A stretch of DNA of 64,000 nucleotides from Ylistrum balloti (taxonomy: Eukaryota). Below the pieces are notes generated by a model. The model saw only the letters and a program-made list of their open reading frames with translations. It searched no databases and had not been told where the DNA came from. Both the position numbers and the translations under genes were made by a program. This document shows, in pieces, positions 35,811-48,999 of the stretch. Location of the stretch: positions 434,001 through 498,000 of the forward strand of contig NW_026782393.1 of assembly GCF_031769215.1 (NCBI RefSeq). The letters run 5' to 3'. How positions within the stretch are numbered: position 1 is the stretch's first letter; each line of letters begins with the position of its first letter.

Positions 35811-37740
35811 ACTCACCTTGGGATAAGGGGAAATAGATCAAAGTCTGTAAAATCCATCTCCTTGTGTAGGAATGTCAAGATAAGTTCAAATTTTCGTCTG
35901 AAGCATCCTTAAGTGAAGAAAATAAATTTTTGTATAAATGGTTGGTCTCTGCACCCGGGGTAGGGACTACTGACAAACCTATTGGAATGAAGTCCAACAG
36001 ATTACTGACATTATCATTATCGGTAGAAACCTCACCAACAGCAATGTAAATGTCAGACTCTGTACTGGAAAATCTCTGATAACAAAGCTCAGTAAAAAAA
36101 CCTTCAAGTGGCTTAAACCTTCAGCAATGGTCAGGACAAAGTGGGCCATACAGATGAAAATAACTACAGAAGAGTCATTGAAGAAGGAACCCGCTAAGAA
36201 CATCAGCAACATCAAATATGCAATACACAGCACAGTAGCTATACTTCATTTAATGCCTGTTACATCCTTATAAGGGTAAAAACTATTAAGGATGTCACAA
36301 AAATATACATATGAATTTAATTTTCTTTTTTTTTTTTAAAGACTTAAAATGACTATAATGTATAAAAACACTCTGAGAAAATGATATAAACATTCTATTT
36401 TCCAATAGTATGTTACAAAACTAAGACTTTCTGTTAATTACTAAAATTAAAAGTCACTGCAACCATTTTTTATTGATATCTAAAAAATAAAGAATTTATA
36501 TTAGACAGGAAATCGATAGATGACGAAAGATGAAGGAGGATCTTGGACTGAATATGGATTCAGAATTTGCGAAGCTGCTGCTTGACTGGTTAGCTTAACG
36601 TTAGCCCTATAATTATAACGTATCACCCTGTCATTGATTATAATCCAATATCCAGTGTTTGACGCGTGAATATGTTATGAACAACACTACTAAAAGTGTT
36701 ATCTGATAAATGTTGAATGAAAATAGGTGTGTTATTAGCTTGAATTCACAAAGATTGATTGTTAAAAATTATATATTACAACACTATAGAATCATTTACT
36801 GCAAACAAGAATTAGCAGAAAGGCGCAAAAGCAAGTGTCATACATAAGACATGTGCGTTTGTTTACACTTTCCTCGTAATCCATTTTTTCTTTGCGGCGG
36901 AAGTAAATGACTTCGTGACATGACAAGTCATGTGACCCACTAAGCTTTCTTCGTAATAAACCAAGCGTGAACATGTTTATAAACAATAGTCAAGACAAAC
37001 AATGGTTTATATATATACAAAAACAACAAATTTGACGTTATGCGTGCGTGTTTTATTATTCATTAGCCGAATTCTCCATTTCCTGATGTTGAAATCTAAG
37101 GTAATAGCTGCTTTAAAAACATCAGTGCATGTTATACATAACTTGTTCTCTATATTTGAAGCACAGAGATTGCCTGATCAAAGGTGACAGGAAAAATTTC
37201 TCTATCATCCAATACACATTGCCATTAGTTTTTCAATATACAGTCCCTAGACAGATGTTGTATGGTGTCCATTTATAAGGTGTGAAACAGAAGATATAAC
37301 GACACCGGATCAATAAAAAGGATGTTTTTTTTTCATTTTTTCATTACATAGATCCATTTATATGAATATAGATATAATATCATAAAAGCCTTGATATCGC
37401 TTATACAAAATGCTTTTTAAAATATTTCTTTATTCCTAATTGGTTTACAATGTATCACATTACAGGTAGCCATAACACTAATATAAGATATTGGGGCCTC
37501 GTTAGTACAGAAACTACCGAAACATAGAATTTATTGTTGAGGTCTAACAGTGGTGATATATTGGCACTAACAAGTGAGCAAACTTAAGGCTCCTGGTTCC
37601 AGGCTAAATATATTCAATAACAGACATTTGATATTGATATATACCCACATAAGGTGATTTTTATTGTTTAAACCAAAAAAAAAATGAACATTGAATGATG
37701 TTGTATATTGTTAAAAATGTAATGTTGTATACTGTAAAAG

Positions 37741-38003
37741 TTGTAATTTTTGAGGGACTCTTGTTTTTCATTGTTATGCTCTATACTGCAAAAGTTGTAA
37801 TTTTTGAGGGACTCTTGTTTTTCATTGTTATACTCTATACTGCAAAAGTTGTAATTTTTGAGGGACTCTTGTTTTTCATTGTTATGCTCTATACTGCAAA
37901 AGTTGTAATTTTTGAGGGACTCTTGTTTTTCATTGTTATACTCTATACTGCAAAAGTTGTAATTTTTGAGGGACTCTTGTTTTTCATTGTTATGCTCTAT
38001 ACT
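37741..38003. repeat. 54-bp minisatellite, ~5 copies
   Basis: Unit ttgtaatttttgagggactcttgtttttcattgttat[g/a]ctctatactgcaaaag; the two variants alternate. Confidence 0.95.
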
Positions 38004-38734
38004 GCAAAAGTTGTAATTTTCAAGGAGAATTGTTTTTCACCAATATGTTGTATACTGTAAAAGTTGTATTTTTCATCAATTTCGATTCAATAATTCAAAA
38101 ATTCAATAAAAACAGGTACATGTAGTATGAATTTAAACATAGCACATTTTCTAAATAGGAGATTGTTTTCATCTCATAAACCATGCTTATATTGAAATCT
38201 CCCAATATTTGCAAAGTTGTAACCAGAGCCATATCAAAGTGTTACAAAATGGCTGTTAGAAAAATTTGGTAGCCATTTTATACTGGGCAATTTTTCCATT
38301 GATTTATTCCAGTTTTTTGTGAAAACAGGTAGAATTTCAACCATCGAAAAAGAATGTATATATTTATATTTATCACATAATCTGAATGTTATCCAGTGAA
38401 CTTGCCCATTTAACATTTTTGCATATCCAGTATATGCCACTTATGTAGTATACCCTGGAACATTTTTCATTGGCTGTGTCAGTCAGAAATGTGGTGTGAT
38501 GTCATAATATGGACTATGATATGATGTTATGACTAGTATATGGCTGATCAAAATTGCTGCCTCAGTTGTCATAATGTAACTTTTCTGAGTTTTGTGATAA
38601 AAAGAATTTGGCTCTTTAAAATTGTTTTCGTTTTTTGTGAGATTTTATGAAACTCATCTTGCTTAAAGGTTGGCAAAAATAAAAACTTCAAAGACTTCTT
38701 TCATAAAATCTCAAGAAATGAAAACTCATTATGA

Positions 38735-39285
38735 TATTAAATTTATACTATCTGAAGGGAGAGCATATAGTCACCACTTTGTCAGTCCGTCCATCTGTCA
38801 GAATTTTGTCCAGAACACAACACAAAAAGATATAAGAGGTATCAACATGGATAGATCACAGCAAAGAGAAAAACAGTGCACAAGAACTATCAATCTCTTT
38901 TGCTTCATTTAGGAGTTATTGCCCTTTGTTATTTTTCATACTTAAATTTTGTCCAGAGCATTACACTAAAACGATAAGAGGTATCAACATAAATTTTGCT
39001 AGGTAGATAGATCTCTATGAGAAGGAGGACAGTGCACAAAAACTATCACTCTCTTTTGTGCAATTTAGGAGTTATTGCCCTTTGTTATTTTCATACTTAA
39101 ATTTTGTCCAGAGCATTACACTAAAACGATAAGAGGTATCAACATAAATTTTGCTAGGTAGATAGATCTCAACGAGAAGGAGGACAGTACACAAGATTCA
39201 TAACACTCTTACTGCCCTTTGTTATTTTTCATACTTAAATTTTGTCCCATTCTGGGAACATAACCTGTCTCTGATGGCCCTTGTT
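38735..39285. mobile_element. HINE-like element with ~155-bp internal tandem repeats (~3 copies)
   Basis: gtccgtccatctgtc near the left end; repeated ggagttattgccctttgttattttt...aaattttgtcc core at 38911, 39067 and ~39210. Confidence 0.7.
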
Positions 39286-39351
39286 ATATATATAAGTATA
39301 TTGATGATTTTGTTTTAGAGAGAATTATACTGACAAGTTCCCGTTTATGTT

Positions 39352-39533
39352 TACAGCGAAACCTATCTATAGAGGTCACTTAAGGGAGAAGGGAAAAGTG
39401 GCCTTTATACACAGGATGCCTATACTTATAGGTTCAATTACTATGAATCGCATTACATAGAGAGCCATCAAAGCAGGCTTTATAGACTGGTGGCCTATGT
39501 ATAAAAGTGGCCTTTAAGAGAGGTTTGACTGTA
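39352..39533. mobile_element. Tc1/mariner-superfamily MITE with TA target-site duplication
   Basis: Left end TACAGCGAAACCTATCTATAGAGGTCACTT versus the reverse complement of the right end TACAGTCAAACCTCTCTTAAAGGCCACTT. Confidence 0.8.
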
Positions 39534-39718
39534 AATATCACGGACTCCTTTATTATAACTTCCTTTCTCCTTGACAAAGTTTCCTTTATGAACTTCTCTT
39601 GAGAACTAGTATAGAATACAAGATTGTAAACATCTGAAAGACATTGTAGTCTGGGACTCTCATGAAAACCCAAGGAATTCCTAAAATACAATATATCATA
39701 TGTTTGTTTCTATTTCAG

Positions 39719-39963
39719 ACTGTCAAATCATTTCTGCCTACGATGATGAGGAGGAATCGGGGCCATGTTATAACAGTGGGAAGTTCGACTGGTTTAGTAG
39801 GACTTAATAAACTCACAGACTATAGTGCATCTAAATTTGGAGTGGTCGGCTTCTCCGAGGTGCTTAATTACGAGGTGATCTATGGCGGCTATGATGGGGT
39901 TAATACAACATTAATCTGTCCCTCGTTTGTCAATACTGGACTATTTCACGGTTGTAAAATGAA
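39719..39963 (+). CDS. RDH10: RDH10-like, exon 3 (catalytic Ser and YxxxK)
   Basis: tttctatttcag acceptor; TVKSFLPTMMRRNRGHVITVGSSTGLVGLNKLTDYSASKFGVVGFSEVLNYEVIYGGYDGVNTTLICPSFVNTGLFHGCKM(K)|gtaagt (phase 2). Confidence 0.92.
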
Positions 39964-40040
39964 GTAAGTGTTTTTATTTATTTTGGTAAAGAAATGGGAT
40001 TTTACCTGGAATTACTTCAATTTCTTAATTTCGGATGTAT

Positions 40041-40274
40041 GTTAATGCTGTATATTGTAACATATTCCTTAATTGATGACGACACAATATTTACAACATG
40101 ACAATGTTGATGAAGGAGTTAATGCTGTATATTATAACAAATTCCTTAATTGATGACAACACAATATTTACAACACGGCAATGTTGATGAAGGGGTTAAT
40201 GCTGTATATTGTAACAAATTCCTTAATTGATGACATTACTATATTTACAACACGGCAATGTTGATGAAGGAGTT
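40041..40274. repeat. 77-bp tandem repeat, 3 copies
   Basis: gttaatgctgtatatt... recurs at 40041, 40118 and 40195. Confidence 0.95.
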
Positions 40275-41049
40275 GATACATAGTCCTATCTCAAATATTA
40301 TTTTCGTCATTATGGTTTGAAATACACATTGTATAACACTTTTGTATAAACGCATATGTGTGGTATTTGTTCAATTTTCATCATCACCAACACGTTAAGA
40401 ATTGTCACTTTGATTTCTGTGACTGAATACTTCTTCAGACTTGTTACTGTAGTCATTGTCATAGAAGTGTGTAGGAGGAACACAAAAGATTTCCATTCAT
40501 ATTGAGTGACATTGACATCTATGCTGCAACCTTGTAGCCTATATAAAAAGGACAGTTTTTGAGTCATTAATATACAGAATAAATCCAACAATCTAAATTC
40601 AAGTGTCCAGCTGAATAATTTCAATCTCGAAATTCAAGGGATCGTGAAAAATAATTAGACTTATCCAAAGTTCAAAGGTTGACTTATCCTGAATTTGATT
40701 ACTGATGGATGGAATAATGGCTACGGTAGAACCCTACACCATGGTACAGTGTAATTCAATCTGTTATTTGAAAGGGCAGTAAATAAACAGAAACAAATAA
40801 GTTTCTATTTTCTCGTTTTATTGTTTCTTCATCCAAATGACAAAACATGTAACAGCAATATCAACAGCATATGAACTCACCGTCCTGCATATGTGTACAC
40901 TCAAAGCACAAATAGATCATATATTTTACGAAATGACGATAAAGCGAAATTAAAACTATGAATGAAAAACGCACTTTGTAGTTAACGTAATTCAATCTCG
41001 CATCAAGTTTTCTTTGTAAACCTTTTTCCAGCAACTGATCCAGCAATCG

Positions 41050-42347
41050 CCCCAGATTTTACTCTGGGTCCTTCACTAGATTGCTCAATTGACCCTATTC
41101 TTCACTAGATTGCTCAGTTGACCCTATTCTTTACTAGATTGCTCAGTTGACCCTATTCTTCACTAGATTGCTCAGTTGACCCTATTCTAGCTATCCCCCC
41201 AGGTTTTACTCTGGGTCCTTCACTAGATTGCTGAGTTGACCCTATTCTAGCTATCCCCCAGGTTTTACTCTGGGTCCTTCACTAGATTGCTGAGTTGACC
41301 CTATTCTAGCTATCCCCCCAGGTTTTACTCTGGGTCCTTCACTTGATTGCTCAGTTGACCCTATTCTAGCTATCCCCCCAGGTTTTACTCTGGGTCCTTC
41401 ACTAGATTGCTGAGTTGACCCTATTCTAGCTATCCCCCCCAGATTTTACTCTGGGTCCTTTACTTGATTGCTCAGTTGACCCGATTCTTAACTAGATTGT
41501 TCTGTTGACCCTATTCTTCACTAGATTGCTCACTTGACCATATTCTAGCTATCCCCCCAGGTTTTACTCTGGGTCCTTCACTAGATTGCTGAGTTGACCC
41601 TATTCTTTACTTGATTGTTCAGTTGACCCTATTCTTTACTTGATTGCTCAGTTGACCCTATTCTAGCTATCCCCCAAGGTTTTACTCTGGGTCCTTCACT
41701 AGATTGCTCAGTTGACCCTATTCTAGTTATCCCCCCAGGTTTTACTCTGGGTCCTTCACTAGATTGCTGAGTTGACCCTATTCTAGCTATCCCCCCAGAT
41801 TTTACTCTGGGTCCTTCACTAGATTGCTCAGTTGACCCTATTCTTTACTTGATTGCTCAGTTGACCCGATTCTTAACTAGATTGCTCTGTTGACCCTATT
41901 CTTCACTAGATTGCTCAGTTGACCCTATTCTAGCTATCCCCCCAGGTTTTACTCTGGGTCCTTCACTAGATTGCTGAGTTGACCCTATTCTTTACTTGAT
42001 TGTTCAGTTGACCCTATTCTTTACTAGATTGCTCAGTTGACCATATTCTAGCTATCCCCCAAGGTTTTACTCTGGGTCCTTCACTAGATTGCTGAGTTGA
42101 CCCTATTCTTTACTTGATTGCTCAGTTGACCCGATTCTTAACTAGATTGCTCTGTTGACCCTATTCTTCACTAGATTGCTCAGTTGACCCTATTCTTTAC
42201 TTGATTGCTCAGTTGACCCTATTCTTCACTAGATTGCTCAGTTGACCCTATTCTAGCTATCCCCCCGATTTTACTCTGGGTCCTTTACTAGATTGCTCGG
42301 TTTACCCTATTCTCAACTAGATTGCTCAGTTGATCCTATTCTCCACT
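41050..42347. repeat. Mosaic minisatellite of 29-bp (A) and 31-bp (B) subunits
   Basis: A = cttcactagattgctcagttgaccctatt, B = ctagctatccccccaggttttactctgggtc, in irregular A/AB order. Confidence 0.95.
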
Positions 42348-44017
42348 AGAACTGTGGGTAGATTGGAAATATGTTATGTTGAGAGTGATGTGATTAAATC
42401 ATTGCTGGTTATTTATGATGAAATTCTGGCTTTGATACATATCTCTACTCAAAGTGTCAACCTTTACATATTAGAGTAGTACCGCTACTAAATCAACACT
42501 TTCATTTCTTATCGTTCCTAAAGATGCATGCAACCAAGCTAACTACACACGTTTCTGATCCATTATGCTGCGTTTACATGAGCAGTTGTCATGTCTTGTG
42601 TAAACATGCTACTTATTTACATGTAAGTCACTGTTAGATAGGTGACACTGATTAAAAAGCTATCTTTTAATTAGATAATTGAACTGTTGATTAATTGTCA
42701 GAGACCAAATGGTTTGTTTGCGGAGGTCCGGAACGCCGTAATTAGCCATGTGTTATGCACAGGTAACTTTCTACTCTGTGTATATATTGACCGATTTCTT
42801 CAGAAGTTTTGACAAAAATTCATTTCTAGACAATGAGTAACATTTTTATTGATTTACAACTGAAGGAACGGAAAAATCACTTCGACTCAAGCGAAATTTC
42901 GACTCTATGAAATTAGAGTCATCCAGACTAAAATTACAAAGATATAGAAGGGAAAAAATCGGGACTTGAAAATAATTTCGACTTAAGTGGAATTTCAACT
43001 TCAGTGATTTTGAGACAAGTTTCAACTGTATATCATCAAATACTACATTTTTCATGCAATATTGGTATAACCTGCTTCATTCCTGAGTTTAATTGTTCTT
43101 TAAAAATCAAATAATGAAAACTTTTCAGATGGTCAGTATTTTATTAATGCTTCTTTTGGCAATACAAATTTGGTATCGCATGAATGTCATTTAGCAATTG
43201 CAGTTTTCGAAATTTGATGGTGATGTTAATGTTGCTCCAATCCCTGTCTTGTGACTTAAGGTTAAATGCATATGAACTGAAAATGTCACTATGATGTTGA
43301 GAGCAATATATATCAACGATATCAGTGTCTATAGAACCTGTACCAGGTAGAGGATGATAAGACATTGAATAAAAAGTGGCGTATTTTCAACAATAAAAAA
43401 AAGAAATCAAAGATGCAATACATGTCCATATGACCCTCTGTTTAGTTTGTTTGAATTTGACAGAGTTTTTTGCCCAATAGAAAAATAAAGAGACACACAG
43501 TAAATCTTTAACATCCTTAGTCTTTTCATATAAAAGGATTTTGACAAAATGTTGTTAAATTCATCCTTCAATGAATGAACTTAATCTACTTTCAAGGTAA
43601 CATAAAAACCAAAAAACTGTTACGTTTGATCATTTAACATGGGATTCATAAAGTTATTAAATTTGTTTAAGTGGATAATCTTTATGTATCCTGACAAGGA
43701 CTCAGAGGTCAAAGGTCTTTTCTTACAATATGGTGAGAATAATCAAGAAATCTGGGTCATATTTCACCAGTATCATTTTCTGACAAAGGCTTTCATGTTG
43801 ATTTTTTTACACATTCTTCAAATGAATGACCTTGACCTAGGTTACCAGGGTAAAATGTTTTCCAGTGATGTTATATCGTTAAATGTGTAGCATATCTAGA
43901 TTTTCAGAAATACATGCACAAAGTGAATCTTCTTGAAACATTTAGGATATTGTATGGTTTAGGTTGAAAGTGCCATGTTTGGTGTTATTGTAACACAGTG
44001 ACGTAACAACACATAAC

Positions 44018-44872
44018 TGTTGGTAATAGTCATGTTTATTTAGATGTTAAATAATAGTCATGTACAAAGGCAACATCTCATCAACATACTCATATATTCA
44101 CTCCACTTCGCGTTGTGTCTCATAAAACAGTCTCTGTATCAAAACTCTCCTTGTATAAAAACAGTACTTCTAGGTATATATTAACATACCCACTCGTTAT
44201 GCTATCCATTATGGTATAACCTGTCTGTGAGCTGGTCTATGGGGCTACCTAGGGCCCATCTATTGGGGTGTCCCAACCCCTTCTCTAAGCCATCTATGAC
44301 TGTGCAGTCAGGTATCCAAACTCCTTCTCTAAGCCATCTATGACTGTGCAGTCGAGTGTTCAAACCCCTTCTCTAAGCCATCTATGACCAGGCAGTAGAG
44401 TGTTCAAACCCCTTCTGTCCTTTCCCCAGAATCTAGCTTCTATTTATCTCATCTTGACCGATTCTGTCCCGCTATCCCCTTATATGGACTTCACTTGTTG
44501 CAAGCTGATATAATTTTTGAAGTATAACCATCCACGCTCGAGGTGCGAGGTTGGGATTCCCCCTGCTTAGTTTGTAACTGGAAATAGCCCTTGACAATTA
44601 CTCTAACACCTAGTGGTCACTGTCTGAATGGGTAATTGCGTAAGTTAAATTATCAAGGAAGCTACGCCCGTTCCATCTGATAGTATAATTTACACCACAT
44701 GCTCTACAAACCCTGAGCTACTGCACTCCTCGCCTATCACCAGTAATGATTAGCCTATTTAATTGATCTACTACAGAACCATGACTTCGCTACAGTGTCT
44801 TACTTCCCAATTGTAATCCTACAATAAATTGAATAAATCAATATGTAAATATCAATACCTTATTGAGTAACA
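44018..44872. mobile_element. Possible solo-LTR-like insertion containing a 44-bp x3 repeat (44279-44415)
   Basis: TGTT...AACA termini, TATAAAA at ~44154, two AATAAA near the right end, higher GC than the flanks; no matching TSD seen. Confidence 0.3.
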
Positions 44873-46691
44873 TTTTTTTCATTTTTATTTTTAACATGGA
44901 TGCCATATTTTGAAAATGATCTGATATTTGAAATGGCACCCAGTAACCCAGACCAGTTTGTTGAACATTTTAGCAGCTGATGAGATGGCTTAAGATAAAA
45001 TCTGCTTAAATACTACAAAATTACAAAAATCGATCTTTGGTGATGGTTTTAACAATACTTAATGAATCAGGATTGGTCTTATTGTGGTGAAATGGATGGC
45101 TTTGAGAATATATATGTCCTAACCTGTAGGTGTTGCATGCAAATATGGATGAAGCTTACTTTTCCTGCCTTCATGATCCAATATATTATCAGTACTTAAT
45201 TAAGTAGTGGAGTTAGAGTTATCTTTTCTTGTCATATTATGATATATGTCTTCACAAGCCTTAATCAAACACATATTTATCATGAAGTCAGGGCTAGGTT
45301 TTCAGAAAAAAAAAGTCAACTGTTGTTTCCGTAAAATCAGCATGGAATTAAATACTTAACTACAGTGGCTCCAGTACAGAATTTCCCATCATATTTTAAC
45401 TACTAATTCTAGACTTTTCAAGGCAAAGTTAGTCACAAGTCCAATATGTAATCTATGTAATTCCGAAAGAGAATCAATTACCTAGCTTCTTTGGGAATGT
45501 CACGAGGTTCAAATTTTCTTGCAATCACTTGAGACACTTACTGATGCGCTATTTATACCATTTTCTATCAATAAACAATCATTTCTGTTTTGAATTACAA
45601 GTCACTATAGTCCTAACTACAGAGTTGGTAATGAAAAAATTCTAATGATTAAACACTACATCTATAAGACAAGGTGTCTCCATAGTTCATTAAATATCCA
45701 TACCCTTGTAAAGGCTAAAAATAACACCCAGGATATGTTATTAAACAAAGATTTTTTTTTTTTTTTTTTTTAAATCATTTCTTCATACAAATGAAATCGT
45801 ACAAATGTTATCTGAAGCTGTCTGGGGGGAATTAACTGCAAGTAACTTTATTTACTAGGGTCTTCTATAAGTCTAGTTATACAGTCAGTTATAGTAGAAT
45901 TTCCAATAACTTGTCTTATGTCAAAATTGAAATTATGCAGGCCATTAGGATAAAAATCCAATCGAATATATAAATTGCTATACAGTCAATTGTGGTAAAA
46001 TTGTCAATGAATTTAGAATTTGTAATATCTCAACCTGCTTGGGCTATTATACAGTTAATTGTTAATTATACAGAGTAAAATTTAAGATTTCAGTTGAGTA
46101 CATAACTTGTATTTCATTTCCTACACCTGTACTTTTGTTCAAATATCACCAGTCTGATAAGATTTAACCTATAAATGATGAATAATTCTTAGCAGGTTAT
46201 AAAATATTATATCAACGTCACCCACATTTACATTAATTACAACCACTTATGGTCACTTCACACTTATTCTCTACCCTACCTCCAAATAGCAACCTAGGTC
46301 ACATGACCTGATACTCAGACAACAGATGTAAACATGCAGACCAAATTACCTATAGCAATTATAGTCATACTAGTTCCAACTCGCAGTTCTGATCAGTTTA
46401 CTTTCAGGAATTAACAATTTCTGAAAATTTATATCTAAAAGAACATTCTTAGTGAAGGATAATTAGTAACTTCAATATTGCAAAAATGATTCTTAAATGG
46501 AGATGAACATGGGTGGCAAATGCATGGGAAGTAATAGGCACTTAAAATGAAAACGTAAAAAAAGTTCAATATGCAAACCGAAAAAGCATCAAAGACACAT
46601 ACTGTAACTTCTAGTATAGCTAGGTAACTAGCTGGTTTGTGTTTGACATATTTTATATGCAACCAAAAGGTTTAACTCTAAAAATCATCCC

Positions 46692-48356
46692 CAAAGAACA
46701 AGAATTGTAAAACGTCTACAGTTCTGCTATTCAAAGGCACATCGTACTGTGTCCACAAAGAACAAGAATTGTAAAACGTCTTTAGTTCTACTATTCAAAG
46801 GCACATCGTACTGTGTCCACAAAGAACAAGAATTGTAAAACGTCTTTAGTTCTACTATTCAAAGGCACATCGTACTGTGTCCACAAAGAACAAGAATTGT
46901 AAAACGTCTTCAGTTCTACTATTCAAAGGCACATGGTACTGTGTCCACAAAGAACAAGAATTGTAAAACGTCTTTAGTTCTACTATTCAAAGGCACATGG
47001 TACTGTGTCCCTAAAGAACAAGAATTGTAAAACATCTTCAGTTCTACTATTCAAAGGCACATGGTACTGTGTCCCCAAAGAACAAGAATTGTAAAACGTC
47101 TTCAGTTCTACTATTCAAAGCCACATCATACTGTGTCCACAAGAACAATGAATTGTAAAACGTCTTCAGTTCTACTATTCAAATTCACATCGTACTGTGT
47201 CCACAAAGAACAAGAATTGTAAAACGTCTTCAGTTCTACTATTCAAAGGCACATCATACTGTGTCCACAAAGAACAAGAATTGTAAAACATCTTCAGTTC
47301 TACTATTCAAAGGCACATCGTACTGTGTCCCCAAAGAACAAGAATTGTAAAACGTCTTCAGTTCTACTATTCAACGCCACATCGTACTGTGTCCCCAAAG
47401 AACAAGAATTGTAAAACGTCTTCAGTTCTACTATTCAAAGGCACATCATACTGTGTCCCCAAAGAACAAGAATTGTAAAACGTCCTCAGTTCTACTATTC
47501 AAAGGCACATCGTACTGTGTCCACAAAGAACAATGAATTGTAAAACGTCTTCAGTTCTACTATTCAAAGGCACATCATACTGTGTCCCCAAAGAACAAGA
47601 ATTGAAAAACGTCTTCAGTTCTACTATTTAAAGCCACATCGTACTGTGTCCACAAAGAACAAGAATTGTAAAACGTCTTCAGTTCTACTATTTAAAGCCA
47701 CATCGTACTGTGTCCACAAAGAACAAGAATTGTAAAACGTCTTCAGTTCTACTATTTAAAGCCACATCGTACTGTGTCCACAAAGAACAAGAATTGTAAA
47801 ACGTCTTCAGTTCTACTATTTAAAGCCACATCGTACTGTGTCCACAAAGAACAAGAATTGTAAAACGTCTTCAGTTCTACTATTCAAAGGCACATCGTAC
47901 TGTGTCCACAAAGAACAATGAATTGTAAAACGTCTTCAGTTCTACTATTCAAAGGCACATCGTACTGTGTCCACAAAGAACAAGAATTGTAAAACGTCTT
48001 CAGTTCTACTATTCAAAGGCACATCGTACTGTGTCCACAAAGAACAAGAATTGTAAAACGTCTTCAGTTCTACTATTCAAAGGCACATCGTACTGTGTCC
48101 ACAAAGAACAAGAATTGTAAAACGTCTTCAGTTCTACTATTCAAAGGCACATGGTACTGTGTCCAAAAGAACAAGAATTGTAAAACGTCTTCAGTTCTAC
48201 TATTCAAAGGCACATGGTACTGTGTCCACAAGAACAATGAATTGTAAAACGTCTTCAGTTCTACTATTCAAAGGCACATGGTACTGTGTCCCCAAAGAAC
48301 AAGAATTGTAAAACGTCTTCAGTTCTACTATTCAAAGGCACATCATACTGTGTCCA
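46692..48356. repeat. 64-bp minisatellite, ~26 copies
   Basis: Unit caaagaacaagaattgtaaaacgtcttcagttctactattcaaaggcacatcgtactgtgtcca, head-to-tail with no unique spacers. Confidence 0.97.
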
Positions 48357-48999
48357 ATAGCTTATAACAACTAGTCAAACAACAGTCAGGCCTATGCCTA
48401 CATATACATGGATTGTTTATATGACAATTTTAGTGCACTTTGGCATTCAAGTTCTTGTCAGCATTCAGTGGTTCCTTCAAAACTACATGTTGATGAGGAA
48501 AGAACCGCAAATTTTGCAACAAAGGAATAGTGATTTACTATTTTGAATATTTTCCTAATTCTGTTTAATTTCTCAGCTATTTAATGGTACTGTATTCTTA
48601 CTATTTTTTGTATACGATACGAAGAAAAAGAGATCCAACGTCCTGTCTGGTAGATTCAATAACATTGGCAGTCTTCCTAGTATGGATTCCTTGTGGAATA
48701 CAGGAGTCTGGTTCAAAGATGTGTAAACAGCAAAAATAGAGGACTAGGAAACATGTGTAGGAATAACATGTGTAGTTCTGGTATTTTGAAAAGTTACTCT
48801 GTTCTGAGGACGGAATACCTAGTATGCCGAAACATGTCAGCAATTAAACAGTTTTAATTCTTCCTGTGTGTTGTCTGGTCCTCCATACTTGCTATGGTTT
48901 GTATAATATTTAACAATTTTCCTCCATCAGTGGCATAGCTTTTGTGCACGCATGCTCAAGAATGCGAAAAATATGTGCCTGTGATTTTTGGATTTTTTA

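Noticed and set aside
37695-38060. 121-aa hydrophobic ORF with 18-aa repeats
   Set aside because: It is an automatic consequence of a 54-bp (multiple of 3) AT-rich minisatellite; no splice or homology support.
40861-41046. Minus-strand ORF LLDQLLEKGLQRKLDARLNY adjoining the mosaic array
   Set aside because: It could not be assigned to a family and has no start or splice support.
46692-48356. CRISPR-like appearance of regularly spaced repeats
   Set aside because: Units are head-to-tail with no unique spacers, there are no cas genes, and the context is a eukaryotic intron.
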